48,219 nucleotides of DNA from Caecitellus pseudoparvulus (lineage: Eukaryota > Protista > Bigyra: Bicosoecida): assembly GCA_965644315.1 (NCBI GenBank), contig CBFFRQ010000114.1, forward strand, positions 1 to 48,219. Direction: 5' to 3'. The notes under the pieces are model-generated. The model had not been told where the DNA came from. It saw only the letters and a program-made list of their open reading frames with translations, and ran no database searches. This document shows, one piece after another, positions 35,701 to 47,300 of this stretch (position 1 is its first letter; the number at the start of each line of letters is the position of its first letter). Position numbers and translations under genes: made by a program.

Positions 35701-38700
35701 CTGTTCACGGACAGCTTGTTTTACCGCCGCACTTGCATACACCAGCTTTCCGTCTCCCCCATACACAGACTGAATGGAAGTTGCCCCAATTTTCTTTCGT
35801 CGGCCAGAGAGACGCCTGACATGAACATGGGCAGCGAAGGGATCAGTGAGTGCCAGTTCTTTGATACGCTGCTTGATCTGAGTGACGGAGTGCTTGTGCT
35901 TCTTCTTGAGAAGGTGAGTGCAGCGCCGCATTGACTCTTTTCTCATCCACACAGTATGTGCAAGGTCTTCCGCTATCATACCTCTCTGGTCCTCAAGGAG
36001 ACGGGACATGACAGGATCTGAAGATCTCGCAGTGTTGTGGACCAAAGCAAGGCGTCGATCAATGCGGCATAGCTCACGCCGCAACTTCTTCGCGCGCGCC
36101 GTCATCTTCTTCTTCAGCTTGCTGTACTTCGATACATCGGTGAAGACTTGCAGTACTTCAGGGGATGTTCCTTTGCAGGTGGCGTGTGCTTTCTCAGCCG
36201 CTGCAGCAACCAGCCCGTCCAGCTGGGTCAATGCCTGCTCTTCTTCGGTGCCGGCTGGGGGCAAGGGTGTGGTAGCCTGGGCTTGGTCGAGAAGGTTCCG
36301 GTGAAGCGCTTGCGCTCTTTGGCCTGACGGTGTCGAGGCCGGCCACCATGGCGGGACAGAGTGAGGTCGGGTCAGGCTGTGAGAGGACCTGGTCTCTTTC
36401 GCAAGCTTCACAACCACAGTGGAGGACAGCAAGTAATGGTCGCTGAAGATCAAGTCTGCTTTCCGCTGTCTTCCAGCACTGGAGAACTTTGTCGTGACTT
36501 TCAGGGGACTCGTCATTGTTGTCTTTAGCAGTGGGCACAGAAGGATGTGGTCAAGTGCTCTCTTGTGAGTGGCGTGAGTTGACACACCTGCCCTGCCAGG
36601 GGGTGAGAGACCCGCCACTTGGCAGAGCCTGTCAAGTTCTTGAACATCTTCGTTTGGCTCTGATACGCCGGTCTCATTGACCCATGCCTCTTGCCCCCAG
36701 CACTGCACACCACTGTCACCCGGGTGACAGTTCAGATCCCACATAACCACCATCATGTGCGTATGTTGCAGGGACTCTACGGCAGCGTGCAGTTGTTCCC
36801 AGACCTCCTGCCTATGGGGGAGCTTCGTGTCCGGGTCGGCTAGCGGCTTCTTGCGCTGTGCCGTGTACCAGTTTGGTACGTATGCAGCAATGATAGCAAG
36901 TGGTTTGGGCTTGGCTGGGACTGAACATGCAACGATGCAGCGGCCATCAAGGCCCAGGTCGAGTAGTTGTGTGGCTCCAAGGCGTTTGTCCAGAAGAAGA
37001 GCCACCTCACTTCTCCCTGGTGGTCTGTCAGGTGGGTTGGGTCTAAAGCACTGGAGTCCCACCACCTCAGTGTCAAGGGTCCCATGCCCTCCGGGTTCTG
37101 TCAGGCAGAGTGCAAGCAGGGCGGTGTGGGCTTGAGGGGTTCGTGCACAGTGTATGACCTGGTGAAGGTGGGTTCCACAGGACCGTGCGACGTTCCAGGA
37201 GACGAAGGCCAACTTGGTCAAGCCCTTTCGACCAACAGGGGTGTGTGGGCCCTGGTCCCATCGAGCAGACATTGAGTCCCAACTCTGTGGGATGAACTTT
37301 GCGAGTGGGTCATCGGCCTTGGCTTTCTCCAGCATGGAGGTACTGTGTCGTGTACGTCGTGCTTCTGGAAGGACAACCCGGGTTGCCTTTCCCGCAATGA
37401 GTGTACGCGCATGTGCAGTGCTGTCATTCACCACAAGCGGCAGGGGGGGGTACTCGTCTCGGATGGTCTTGAACGCATCACGCAGTCGATCGCGGAAGGA
37501 CCGTGTGTGACCTGAGAGTGGAGTGACCGCTACTCTGTACACAGTGGTTACCCCTTCCGTATGTAGCCGGATCAGACACTTGTGTAAGGGAAGTTCTGAG
37601 GTAGAGCTTGGCAAATCTGGGTTCCACATGTGAAGCACACCATGGTCATGGTCAATGAGGAGAAGCTGAAGGTGGGCACTATGCGCCTTGGATGGAATGG
37701 TCAAGGCAAAGGCAAAGTACACATCCTCAAAGTAGTCCTCCTGCCGTTCGTCCTCCATCACAGCTCGGACATCAAGCTGACTGCTCGGTAGGAGGTCTGC
37801 GCCCTTCAGCGCCTTGTGACCGTTGTTGATGTGCTGCATGAGCAGGTGTAAGCCGGGAAGGAGGACAGGCGGGGATGCAGCTGACAGCAGGGAGTCTTCA
37901 GGTGCAAAGCGCACCAGGAGTTTGCGAAAGGCCGTCAGATCATCCGGTGCCGCATCCACCTCCCCGCTCCCAGTTCTGGTGACGGGGACGACATCGGAGT
38001 CAGGTGTTTGTGGGGCTGCCATGCCTGCAGAGGCCTTGATGTTGCCCATCGCATGTTGGGCTGCAGCAATGGTTGCTGCGTGATGAAGAAGAGCGAGGTC
38101 ATCTTGCTGCAAGATTGGTTCACCGGCAGCAGTCTCAAGACAGGCCTGTACGCAGTGTCTGTCCTCAGTGTTACTGTACACATGGTCAGAGGACAGGAGG
38201 TCACACAGCTTTGTGTGGTGCTTGATAGACCGTTTCGGTAGGCATGCCGGCACTCGAGGACACGCAGCAAGTTCAACCACTTTGGTTGGGGGCTGGGCAG
38301 GAGCTGCAGCTGCTTTCGGTTCAGGCCCAGTTGTTGTGGGGGGTGCCTTCGGGCTTGGGAAGAGCTGGTCCCATCGCGTGGCTGTGCCCTTGCTGACTCG
38401 AGACGTTGGAAGGGCCACGTCGGCCTTGGTGCGTGGTGGGGTGGTACATGCAGGCGGGCTCGGCTTGGGGGAACCTCTGCCTTCCTCAGACGGAGCAGGC
38501 TCGCTCTTGAACAGGCCAGCAAAGGTGCGGTGGCGCTTGGGTTCCTTCTTTCCTTTTCGCAGGCCTCGCCGCACCTTCTTCTGCCTTCTGCCATCCTTCA
38601 GTGCTTGGGTGTGAGGCTGGGCCTCCTTGGCTGTACTTTCACCGACAGGGGCGTCTCCCTCAGAGGGGACGGAATGTCCGGTGGCATTGTACATGGTCTT

Positions 38701-39260
38701 TGGCTGGGATCGTTGTGCAGCCAGGGAAGTCTTGACAAGGTTCACCACTGATGCAACGTTGCCAGTGGTTTGTGCGAGTATGGTGGCCTGATCATGCACA
38801 CGCTCAGCTGCCTTGAGCACAGAGGTCGGCGCCACAACTCGAACCTTGGCCCGCGCGCTGGCAAACTGCTTGGTCTTGACAAACGCCACAGAGATGCTGC
38901 CTCCCCCCTGAAGGTAGACAGTGGCGTCGTCTGCAGTAGCAGCAGCCTCGCGCAGACATTGGGCAAGCCTCGGGCTGTCTCCAGTGCTACTCATAGACAC
39001 AAGCAGGGCAGGGACAGAGCCAGGAGAGTGACGCAGTGCCGCGCTAGCGCGGGCAAGTTCCGCACACAGCCCTGGGAACGTAGTGTCTACCCCGTCTCCG
39101 TACATCTCCAGCCATTTGTCACGGAAGGTTGAAGCTTTTGTTGCTGTTGTTGATTCCTCCAGTCCAGGAAGTACTCCACCCAGCTCGAACGTGCGCGCGG
39201 CTCCGCGGCGCGGCATGTCAGCAAACACTCCTGTTCTTGGCGCGCGCACTGGCTCTGCTA
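32737..39260 (-). CDS. Retrotransposon polyprotein (putative Cys protease, APE endonuclease, RT, CCHC knuckle); N-terminus continues at 41194-41318
   Basis: APE motifs SWNV, CLTE, AYVP, WDLN, LDHIL and SDH (~36430-37215). RT motifs YRLI, QAGF, FIDFKAAFDSV, GVPQGGALSPLLF, YADD (~34822), GLKINPRKS and YVFLG. Knuckle CPLC-x10-H-x4-C. Confidence 0.93.
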
Positions 39261-41193
39261 GGTCTCGTGAAACCCTGCAATAAGGGCAAATGTAGGACAA
39301 ACTGATATAAGGTCTAGCACTATGCTCAACATTCTTAGAGCAATTTTGCGTTCTTGGAGGTTTTGCGCAACAAGACCCGGCGGGGGGGCTTCGCCAAAAT
39401 TCAAATACTTCAAATTTGAGTTTTTTGTTTGATGGTGCCGTTGGCCGTTGGCGTTACGGGCACCGAAAGAAAACGGCCAATCACCCAAGGCCGTCTACCT
39501 CTTTCAGAATAAGCGCTGGCTCAAAAATTTCACGCAATTCATGGCCAACCTCAAGCTTTCTCATAACTTCCGCCATTTGTTCGCCCGGTTTCCTCTTCCA
39601 AGCCGAATTCTCACCCAGTGGTGATGGCGACGAAACGAGACCGATCCGGCGCCCCGTTGCGAACGGCCACAGCTGTCCCGGAAAGGTCGTCACGCGGAAT
39701 AGCTCAAGGAATTCTTGAAGCAAGTGCCCACATGATGAACCTTGGTGCGGCCTCACTTGTCACAGGGCAGTCGTTGCTTGTACACTCGGTGCATGCCTTG
39801 GCAGGCCAGCTTCGAGCCGAAGGCTACACCCGCAGGGATCAGCGGGAAGCGAAGTTCGGAGCAGCAAAAGGCAGAGGTAGGCTTCGTAGGATCAAGCCAC
39901 TTGTCATTCGCCAGTCTATTGAAGCGACGCTGCAGAACCCGAGGCACTGTTGGAGGTTAACGGGGATGAACGCAGAGATGTACAGGCACTTCTCTGACGA
40001 AGTCCAGAGAGCTCTCGTAAAGGCCAAAAACATGCAAACCAAGCAGCACTCAGCCTTTGTACGGATTTTCATTTGCATTTCCCAGCTCCGTGGGCACCCT
40101 CCTGCCGCTCTGGCGATCATTACGAAGATGCCGGAAGGATCTATGCATGGGATCTTCCGGGAGGTGATTCCCTTCGTCCTCTCTGTTGCCACCAGAAATT
40201 TGATGCTCAAGATACCCGAAGATCAGCGGGACGTGTCTCACGGGATTTTTGGCGGCGCACTTGGCCGTGTTGTCGGGGCAGTGGATGGGGTAACCATCCC
40301 GATGCAAGCGATGCCGGGCCGACCCCAATCCCACTACAACGTCCACCACAAGATTCCAGGTTACGACTTCCTGCTTGTGACAGACCTCACTGGAGTTCCC
40401 TTGGCTATTTTTGAGATGGGGCCTGGATCACAGTCTGAAGTTGCGGCGGCGTCAGACGCGGTGCGAACCCTGCGCCGCCATGGAGTCATGGAGCCAGGCG
40501 ATCTGCTGCTAGGAGATGCATTGTACTGGCACTCCAACAAGCACATTGTAGCGGGAGACAAGCCATCCCACCTCAAACAGTGGGCCGACAAGATCACCCA
40601 GCACATTGAGGCTGGGTGGGAGGATGCCGAAGAGCTCGAGAGGCTGCGCATGGCGTCTGGGATGCTGCTTAGCTTGGATCTGCGAACGGAGATGATAAGC
40701 AGCGCAAGGCTTGTAGTGGAGAACTGCAACAACGTCATCTGGGACTGGGACTCCTCTGGGTTTTACGATTCCGCGTTGTACGGCATCCTGTTGGCCATTC
40801 GGGGTTGTTGAGTGGGGTTGGGAACCATGCTGGCTCCCGCCAGCCGGATGGGCGGCCATCTGGAAAGAATCCAAGCCAAAACTAAAGTCCGTAGTACTGG
40901 GATAAGTTGTGCAGCTTTTAGTATGCTCTGAGTTGGATTTGAGTGAAGTATCATTTTATTCCTGCAAACCGATTTCCGCAATTCTCACTTGCCAATCACT
41001 ACGACCTACAGCAAAACCTGCATCAGGCTGGCGAGTGCAAGCGATTGATTCCGCATGAAGTACATATCGATCAGTTTTTGGTGGGGTTCCCAACTCAAAT
41101 ATCCCAAGAATCCTCATTTCGCCATTTCTGATATAAGCCTGAACTCCTACAGTAGTCAATCAGCAATTTCTTACTGTAAGGTTTCACGAGACC
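39261..41193 (+). mobile_element. IS5/PIF-Harbinger-superfamily (ISL2-like) DNA transposon, 1933 bp, 24-bp TIRs, TA target duplication
   Basis: Left TIR ggtctcgtgaaaccctgcaataag (39261-39284) and right TIR cttactgtaaggtttcacgagacc (41170-41193) match at 21/24 positions, with the outer 14 bp perfect. TA flanks at 39259-60 and 41194-95. Single transposase ORF. Confidence 0.92.
39624..40811 (+). CDS. DDE transposase (DDE_Tnp_4-like) with an N-terminal HTH
   Basis: Triad motifs GAVDG, LLGDALY and RLVVEN, plus GPGS and HYNVHHK. HTH-like region RLTGM...RIFICISQLR...LAIITKMPEGSMHGI. Confidence 0.88.
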   Translation: MATKRDRSGAPLRTATAVPERSSRGIAQGILEASAHMMNLGAASLVTGQSLLVHSVHALAGQLRAEGYTRRDQREAKFGAAKGRGRLRRIKPLVIRQSIEATLQNPRHCWRLTGMNAEMYRHFSDEVQRALVKAKNMQTKQHSAFVRIFICISQLRGHPPAALAIITKMPEGSMHGIFREVIPFVLSVATRNLMLKIPEDQRDVSHGIFGGALGRVVGAVDGVTIPMQAMPGRPQSHYNVHHKIPGYDFLLVTDLTGVPLAIFEMGPGSQSEVAAASDAVRTLRRHGVMEPGDLLLGDALYWHSNKHIVAGDKPSHLKQWADKITQHIEAGWEDAEELERLRMASGMLLSLDLRTEMISSARLVVENCNNVIWDWDSSGFYDSALYGILLAIRGC

Positions 41194-41318
41194 TATCTGC
41201 TGCAGCACACTTGGAAACGAAGAGAGCGCCCAGTACTTGGCTGACTTGGACTGCCATGACGATGATGAGAGCGAAGCAGTTGTTTTCAGGTGCAGGCGCC
41301 CGTGAGGGGAGCACACTG

Positions 41319-44300
41319 AGGTTAGACAGTCAATGCATTGCAATTCGCTTCCACGCTTGCCACAGGCGCGGTGCAGCTGGGGCATCACACGTGGTGTCCT
41401 GCTCACCGTCGCACACGAGTGCGCTCCGGTGTACACCACAGCGGCTACCATGTTAATGGATCTGCAGCCAGCACAGACGTGAGTCCGTTGTATAAGCCGC
41501 CGCTTCGCTAGGGCGTTTCAACGCCCGCCCCTTCGAAAGAAGGTCCACATGCCCGCGAGGGGGCCAGAGCTCGGTCTCTTGGGGGGGTGCGCAGTCAGCG
41601 CCACCCACTCAGACATTCCATCAGCTTACAATTCAACTTCCCCCATTATCCCGGGCCGGTTTCCGACTCGGGCCCGGGACTTCGTCCCACTGTGGGCCCT
41701 ACATGGGCCTCAGTGCCCGGGACAAGTGGGGGCGTTTCGCAGTGGGGCAGTGCACCTGGCAGCATCACACACTGCCTGCCCCGCCGAACACCTGAGGAAC
41801 GCCTTGTTCTTGGTACGTTCCGCGCCCTTTCCGATCCTTTCTGCGCAGGTAAACCCTTGGAGTGCTTGTGGACGGCTTGGATCCTGGTGAGTCCTCTCTG
41901 GCGGCGGCGCGCCTGACGCCCGTGCGTCAAGCACGCCAAGTTCCGCACGCGCCGCTGCAGGGAGACAGCTAGGACTTGTATGGGATCAAGAACCTCCAGG
42001 TAAGCACTGTGACAGCATTTCTTGACCTATTCCTCTCCGCTTCGCAGAGAGAGGTCAACATGAAGGGGGCCGCTTGGGCCCACGTTGCCAAGCCTTCTGG
42101 TTCCATCGTGGTTCTCACCACGCCTTGCAGAATTTCTTTCACAGATCCACGGACGTTCTTCGGAGAGTGCAAGGACTACTCCGAGTCGGATCCCGAACTG
42201 GAAGGACTATCAGGCCTGGAGACACCTACATCGAACAGAGTGGACTGGGTGCTGAAGGAGCGTGGTGCACGCCGTTCAGAGCGCACTGGGTAGTAAGTGC
42301 GCTCGAAGCGCCTCGCCCGCACCCTCGCCGTGTGCTTTCTCACTGCACTCGGCAAGGGTGTGGAGGATCCTGGTAGCGCACTCCCGCGACCATGCGCCGC
42401 CCACCACAGATATCGCGCATGCTTCTGCACAGGTAGGAAGTCCTCAGAGGTAAGTTTCAGCATGCGCTTCACACACTCGTCCCATGCAGATGAGGAATAC
42501 TCAGCCGCCTTCACAAGCATCGTCTTCCAATAGAGTGGAGGAAGGAGAGGACCCTCGGAGTTTCGAAGAGTCAGGTGGGGATTCGACAGCACAGATGCCT
42601 GCTCCCTGGACACATGTTGGAGCTCTGCAGCAGTGCCCCATCGGAATGGCCACTGACCAAGGAGGAGAAAGCGAAGCATGGTCTTGCGCTCTGGTGTGCG
42701 AAGGTACAGACCAGCCTCCCAGCGGCGCAGGGATGCTACCAAGAGTGAAGGGACCCCAACGCGGTGGGGTTGTGGGTTGCTCGACCCTTCCTCTGCAGAA
42801 CGAAGTGTCAGCTGGAGGACGCTTGTCAGGGTTGCTGCTCTGGACTCTGCCAGAGGGGGGTGGGGGCAAGCAAGCAGGATATGCTCATGGAGGCTGGACC
42901 ACATGCGGCTGTGGCACAGCGGGCATTCCCGAAAGAGAGTAGGGAGATCTTCGCCGTGCAGCACTTGTAAGGTCTGCCACAAGTGTACTTTCACGCGTTT
43001 CTGCTGATCTCCTTCACAGATCCAGAGGAGCGGGCTCACTGATGAGGGAATGGGGTGAAGCCAAGCAAACAGTCTTGCACCAGGACCAATGTGGTAAGGC
43101 TTCGGACGTCGTGCGCGCGGAATTTCACTTGCGCAGGAGTAAAGAACCTCGGGGCAGGACACTGTTGTGGCGATGTGCAGGTACGACTCGACAATGTGTT
43201 GTCGTGTGACCCATGGAGTTGAGGCCTCAAACACAGGTGGCCATCGCAGTGAACTTGGCTCTGCTGCAGCAAGGCCGAGAAGCTCAATCTTTGGAGGAGA
43301 TGGGTCCATGCCTTGACAGACATCAACTCCGTCGGTTTGGCCAGCATCTTCTGCATCAGGTTGGGTGCAGTGGTGGGTCATGTCTGCCGTGGCTGGAAGC
43401 GCACCATACAGCCACAGGTCCAGTAGACCATGCAGGGCCCAGGATTCTGGGACGCCGTTTGGGGCTGGCTTGTCAAGTCGAATATTTGTCTTCACAAGAA
43501 ACTGCATGTCTATGGCAGGTGGGAGACACTCGATGGCGTGTGGAAGGGAGTAAAGCAGAGCGAGAGTGGCTGGGGTACTGCGCTTGATCCCTTTCAGGAG
43601 CTTCTTGAAGATATTGACTCTGTGTTTGGTAGCTCGGATGTGTGCTGGTAGCACCCCGCATACGGCAAGCTTGGAGTAGTTGTGCATGCGCAGGAGTGAG
43701 CTCTGCATGCCAAGTTGGGACTTGCTCAGCGCCTTTGCCAGGCCCCTGTCAACGTCCCGGAGTGGGAGTACAGAGTTCCGAACTTGCGTTGCAAGAACAT
43801 AATCTGCTGCACTTGTGATTGAGGCGACGCTCATGCGGTGTTTCAAGGCAACATCCAGCCACACACCACTAAGCAAGGCGCCGCAGGAGAAGCCTGCCTG
43901 GCAGCAAGAGATGCTGGCCTGTCTGATCGCGAGAACTCTGGTGCGGTTGGTGTTGTCTGATAGGGGCGCCCCAAGGTAAGTGTAGCTGCTTGTCCGCTGG
44001 ATAGGGACACCTTTGACCTGCAGCTTTGCGCCTGACTTCAGCCATTTTGACCTCCACAACCCTTTTCGTCGTTCCGTTGCACATACTCCACGATGTGTCG
44101 AGGCACTTGTGACAATCATCACCCCTGATTTCGCTGGGTTGATGGAGAGTCCCACCCGCTCACCAAGAGCTTTCACTTCTTGAAACATTCGAAGCATCGC
44201 AGCAGGGGAGGTGGCGACACATGCCAGATCGTCAGCGTACAGGGTGTGCGTGATGTGGCCGTGGGGCGTTTCGATCCCTGCCCCAGCAATGCCCTGCTGA

Positions 44301-47300
44301 GGGAGCTCATGAAGTCGCTGGGATAGGACGTCAATGGCAATCTTAAACAAGAGAGGTGAGAGTGCACCGCCCTGGGGGACGCCATTTGTGACCGGAATGG
44401 GTTCACAGAGTCCGTGTGCCGTTTGAATGGCAACACTAGCGCGCTTCATGTAGTCCTTGACACATGATAGCAGTGGCTGTGGAAGATTTGCTGCGGTGAG
44501 TATCTCAAGTATGGCTGAGTGGTTGACGGTGTCAAAAGCCCCCTTAAAATCGACGAAGAGTATCATGACGGCCCGGTCAGCTGAGACTCTCACATACTCG
44601 TTAGTCGCTTCCTGGAGGGCAAGAATTTGTTCGTGCGTGTTACGGGTGCGTGTGAAACCCGCCTGCTCTTTGGATATCCACGTCTTCATCCAGTTCTCAA
44701 CGCAGGTTGCAACCAAGGAGAAGAAGAGTTTTGCAGGTGGAGGTCGACAGACAATGAGTCTATATGTGCAGACTTGACCCGGCTGGCTGGTCTTCTTTGG
44801 TATGAGTGTGCCGATCCCTTTATGATAAGAGACTGGTGGCAGGCCTTTCTGCAGTGCCTCGAGCAGGACTCTTGCATACTTCCGCTTCACAGGTAGCGGT
44901 GAGTACTTCAGGTGCTCAGACTGGTATGTTCCAGATCCTGGGCTTCGGTGAAGATTGAGCTTGTCTATGTGTGAGACAACACCGTCTTCCATCGGGAGCC
45001 ATGTGTCTGGAGGCTTGAAGTGAGGGGAGTTCCCAGGAAGGAACCTGGACAGACCAAATTGTAGCGGAACCACCCGATTCTCCTTGGGGCCGATGATTCG
45101 TGTCATCTGTTCGTGGACAGCGCTCTTGACGAGGTGCGGAGAGGTAACGAGGTCGCCTTCTGTGCTATACACTGATTGTAGTGGGACCGCTCTGCCGTGT
45201 CGACGGCGCCCGGATAGTTGGCGTATGTGCGTGTGTGCAGCAAATGGGTCAATGTGGATCAGTTCACGGAGTCTCTGTTTGACTTGATGGAGTGCAGTTC
45301 GGTGTTTCTTCGCAGCAAGTCTTGAGCATCTTCTCATCGCCTGTTTTCGTTGTCGTTGCGTTCCATCAATGTCTTCCTGTAGCATCTGTTGGTGCTCCCA
45401 CACACGTCTTGCTTTGGTGCGTTGCTCCTCTTCTGATGAGTTCATCAGAAGGGTGTGGCGTCGCTGGGTGCGAGCCAGCACTTTTCGCATTCGTGCCACT
45501 CTGGCTGTCAGCTTCTTCTTCAAGGCACTGAACTTTCGAACATCTGTGAGAACTTGGAGCTGTTCTTTGGTTGATGCCTTGCAGCATGAGTGTGCTTCAT
45601 GAGCAGTGTGTCCAATGATTGCATCCAGTTCAGAGAGGTGTGCCGAAGGGTTTGTTGGGGGTGTAGCTGAGGCAATGTGAATGGCCCGATTTACAGCAGT
45701 CTTGAAGTATAGCTGTGCTTTGACTCCTGCTTGCGATGAGGAAGGCCACCAAGGTGGGGCAGAGGCTTGGCCTCGGGGCAGGCGCTGTTGCTTCAGTGGG
45801 CCGTGTAACCTCACAACCACAGAAGCCGAGAGAAGGTGGTGGTCACTGAAGGCCAACTTGGATGGATCCCGTTTTCCAGCTCGCGAGAACGTGGTGGTTA
45901 CTTTCAGCGAGTGTTTGATGTGGGCAGCAAGCCTGGGGCACACGAGAATATGGTCAAGAGCCCGCTTGAAGGATGCTTGTGTTGAGTGTCCGCTCTTGCC
46001 CGCCGGTCGTAGTTCTCCTTCCCTACACAGGGTGTCAAACACCTCAACGTCTACAGTTGGGTCGGGTACTCCTGTCTTGTTCTCCCAGGCGTCAGAACTC
46101 CAGCATGTCATACCAGAGTCTCCTGGGTGGCAGTTCAAGTCTCCCATGAGCACTATCATGTGAGTGTGGCGCAGGGACTGCACCGCATCGGAGAGCTGTT
46201 CCCATACTTCCTGTCGATGGGGAAGTTTGGTGTCGGGATCCGCGAGCGCCTTCTTACGCTGAGCAGTATGCCAGTTCGGAACGTATGCACCAATGACAGC
46301 GAGAGGGAGTGGTGTACACGGAATGGAGCACGCCACCAAGCAACGTCCATCAATGCTAAGTCCTGTCAGGGGGGACGCATTAAGCCGACGGTCAAGTAGC
46401 ATGGCGACCTCACTCCTTCCGTGGGGCCGTTGAGGTGGGCTTGGACGAAAGCATTGAAGCCCAAGCACTTCCGTGTCCAGATCTCCACGGCCACCAGGCT
46501 CAGTAAGACACATGACCAAGCGGGCCGATCGGTTGATCACTGATCGCGCACACATGATCAGTTCATGCAGGTGGTTGCCACCTGAGCTTGCCACATTCCA
46601 CGAGACAAGTCCCACGTGCGTGGTGGATGTCCGCCCGATGGGTGTATGGGGACTTTGTGCCCAGGTTTGGCCGTGCGCTGGGATCGAAACAGGAAGAAGT
46701 TTACGAAGCGGATCATTTGTCCTGACATGCTCAGCAGTGGCTGTTTGCCTCCTGGTTGTCCTTCCACATGGCAAGACAACTCGGGTCGCTTTGCTGGCGA
46801 TGTATGTCTTCATGTGGACTGTCCCGTCTTCATCTACGAAGGGGATCGGTGGGTATCGTTCCTTCAGGTTGGCGATTGCTTGCTTCATCCGATCTCGCAG
46901 AGGAGCAGGAGAGCCGGTGGGCTTTGACACTGAGACCCTGTACAGAGTTGTAATTCCTTCTGAGTACAGGCGCTCAAAGCAGTTTGTGATGGGGACGGCA
47001 GTGCTTTGTGTTGGCTCATCCGGATTCCACATCACAAGTAGGTCTCGCTCTGTGTCTACCAAGACAAGCATGAGGTGAGCTGTATCAGATCCTTCCGGTG
47101 CGGAGAGTGCAAACGAGAAGTGCACATCCTCAAAGAACTTCGCATGGTTGCTTTCCTTTCGCACAGAGTTGATGTTGACTTCTCCTTTGAGCGATGGTGA
47201 CTCGCCATGTAGTTGCTTGTAGCCTCGGTTGAGTTCTTCTAGGAGAATGTGAAGACCAGGAAGAAGGACGGGGGGTGTTGATGATCGCAGTGATGAGTCG

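Larger units (their letters stand above)
31929..41318 (-). mobile_element. Telomere-associated non-LTR retrotransposon, copy 1 (5'-truncated, interrupted by a DNA transposon at 39261-41193)
   Basis: APE+RT ORF, a ~0.8 kb 3' UTR homologous to that of copy 2, a 3' end at telomeric GGTTAG and no poly(A). The ORF resumes in frame at 41194-41318 beyond the transposon. Confidence 0.88.

Noticed and set aside
39261-39300. ORF-track start MSYICPYCRVSRDL (CxxC-like) for the 2187-aa retroelement protein
   Set aside because: These codons are the transposon's left TIR read on the minus strand from a TTG. The real frame continues at 41194-41318.
39618-40811. Transposase as an integral cargo gene of the retroelement (hybrid RT-DDE element)
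   Set aside because: It has its own TIRs and TA duplication and splits the retroelement ORF, so it is a secondary insertion.
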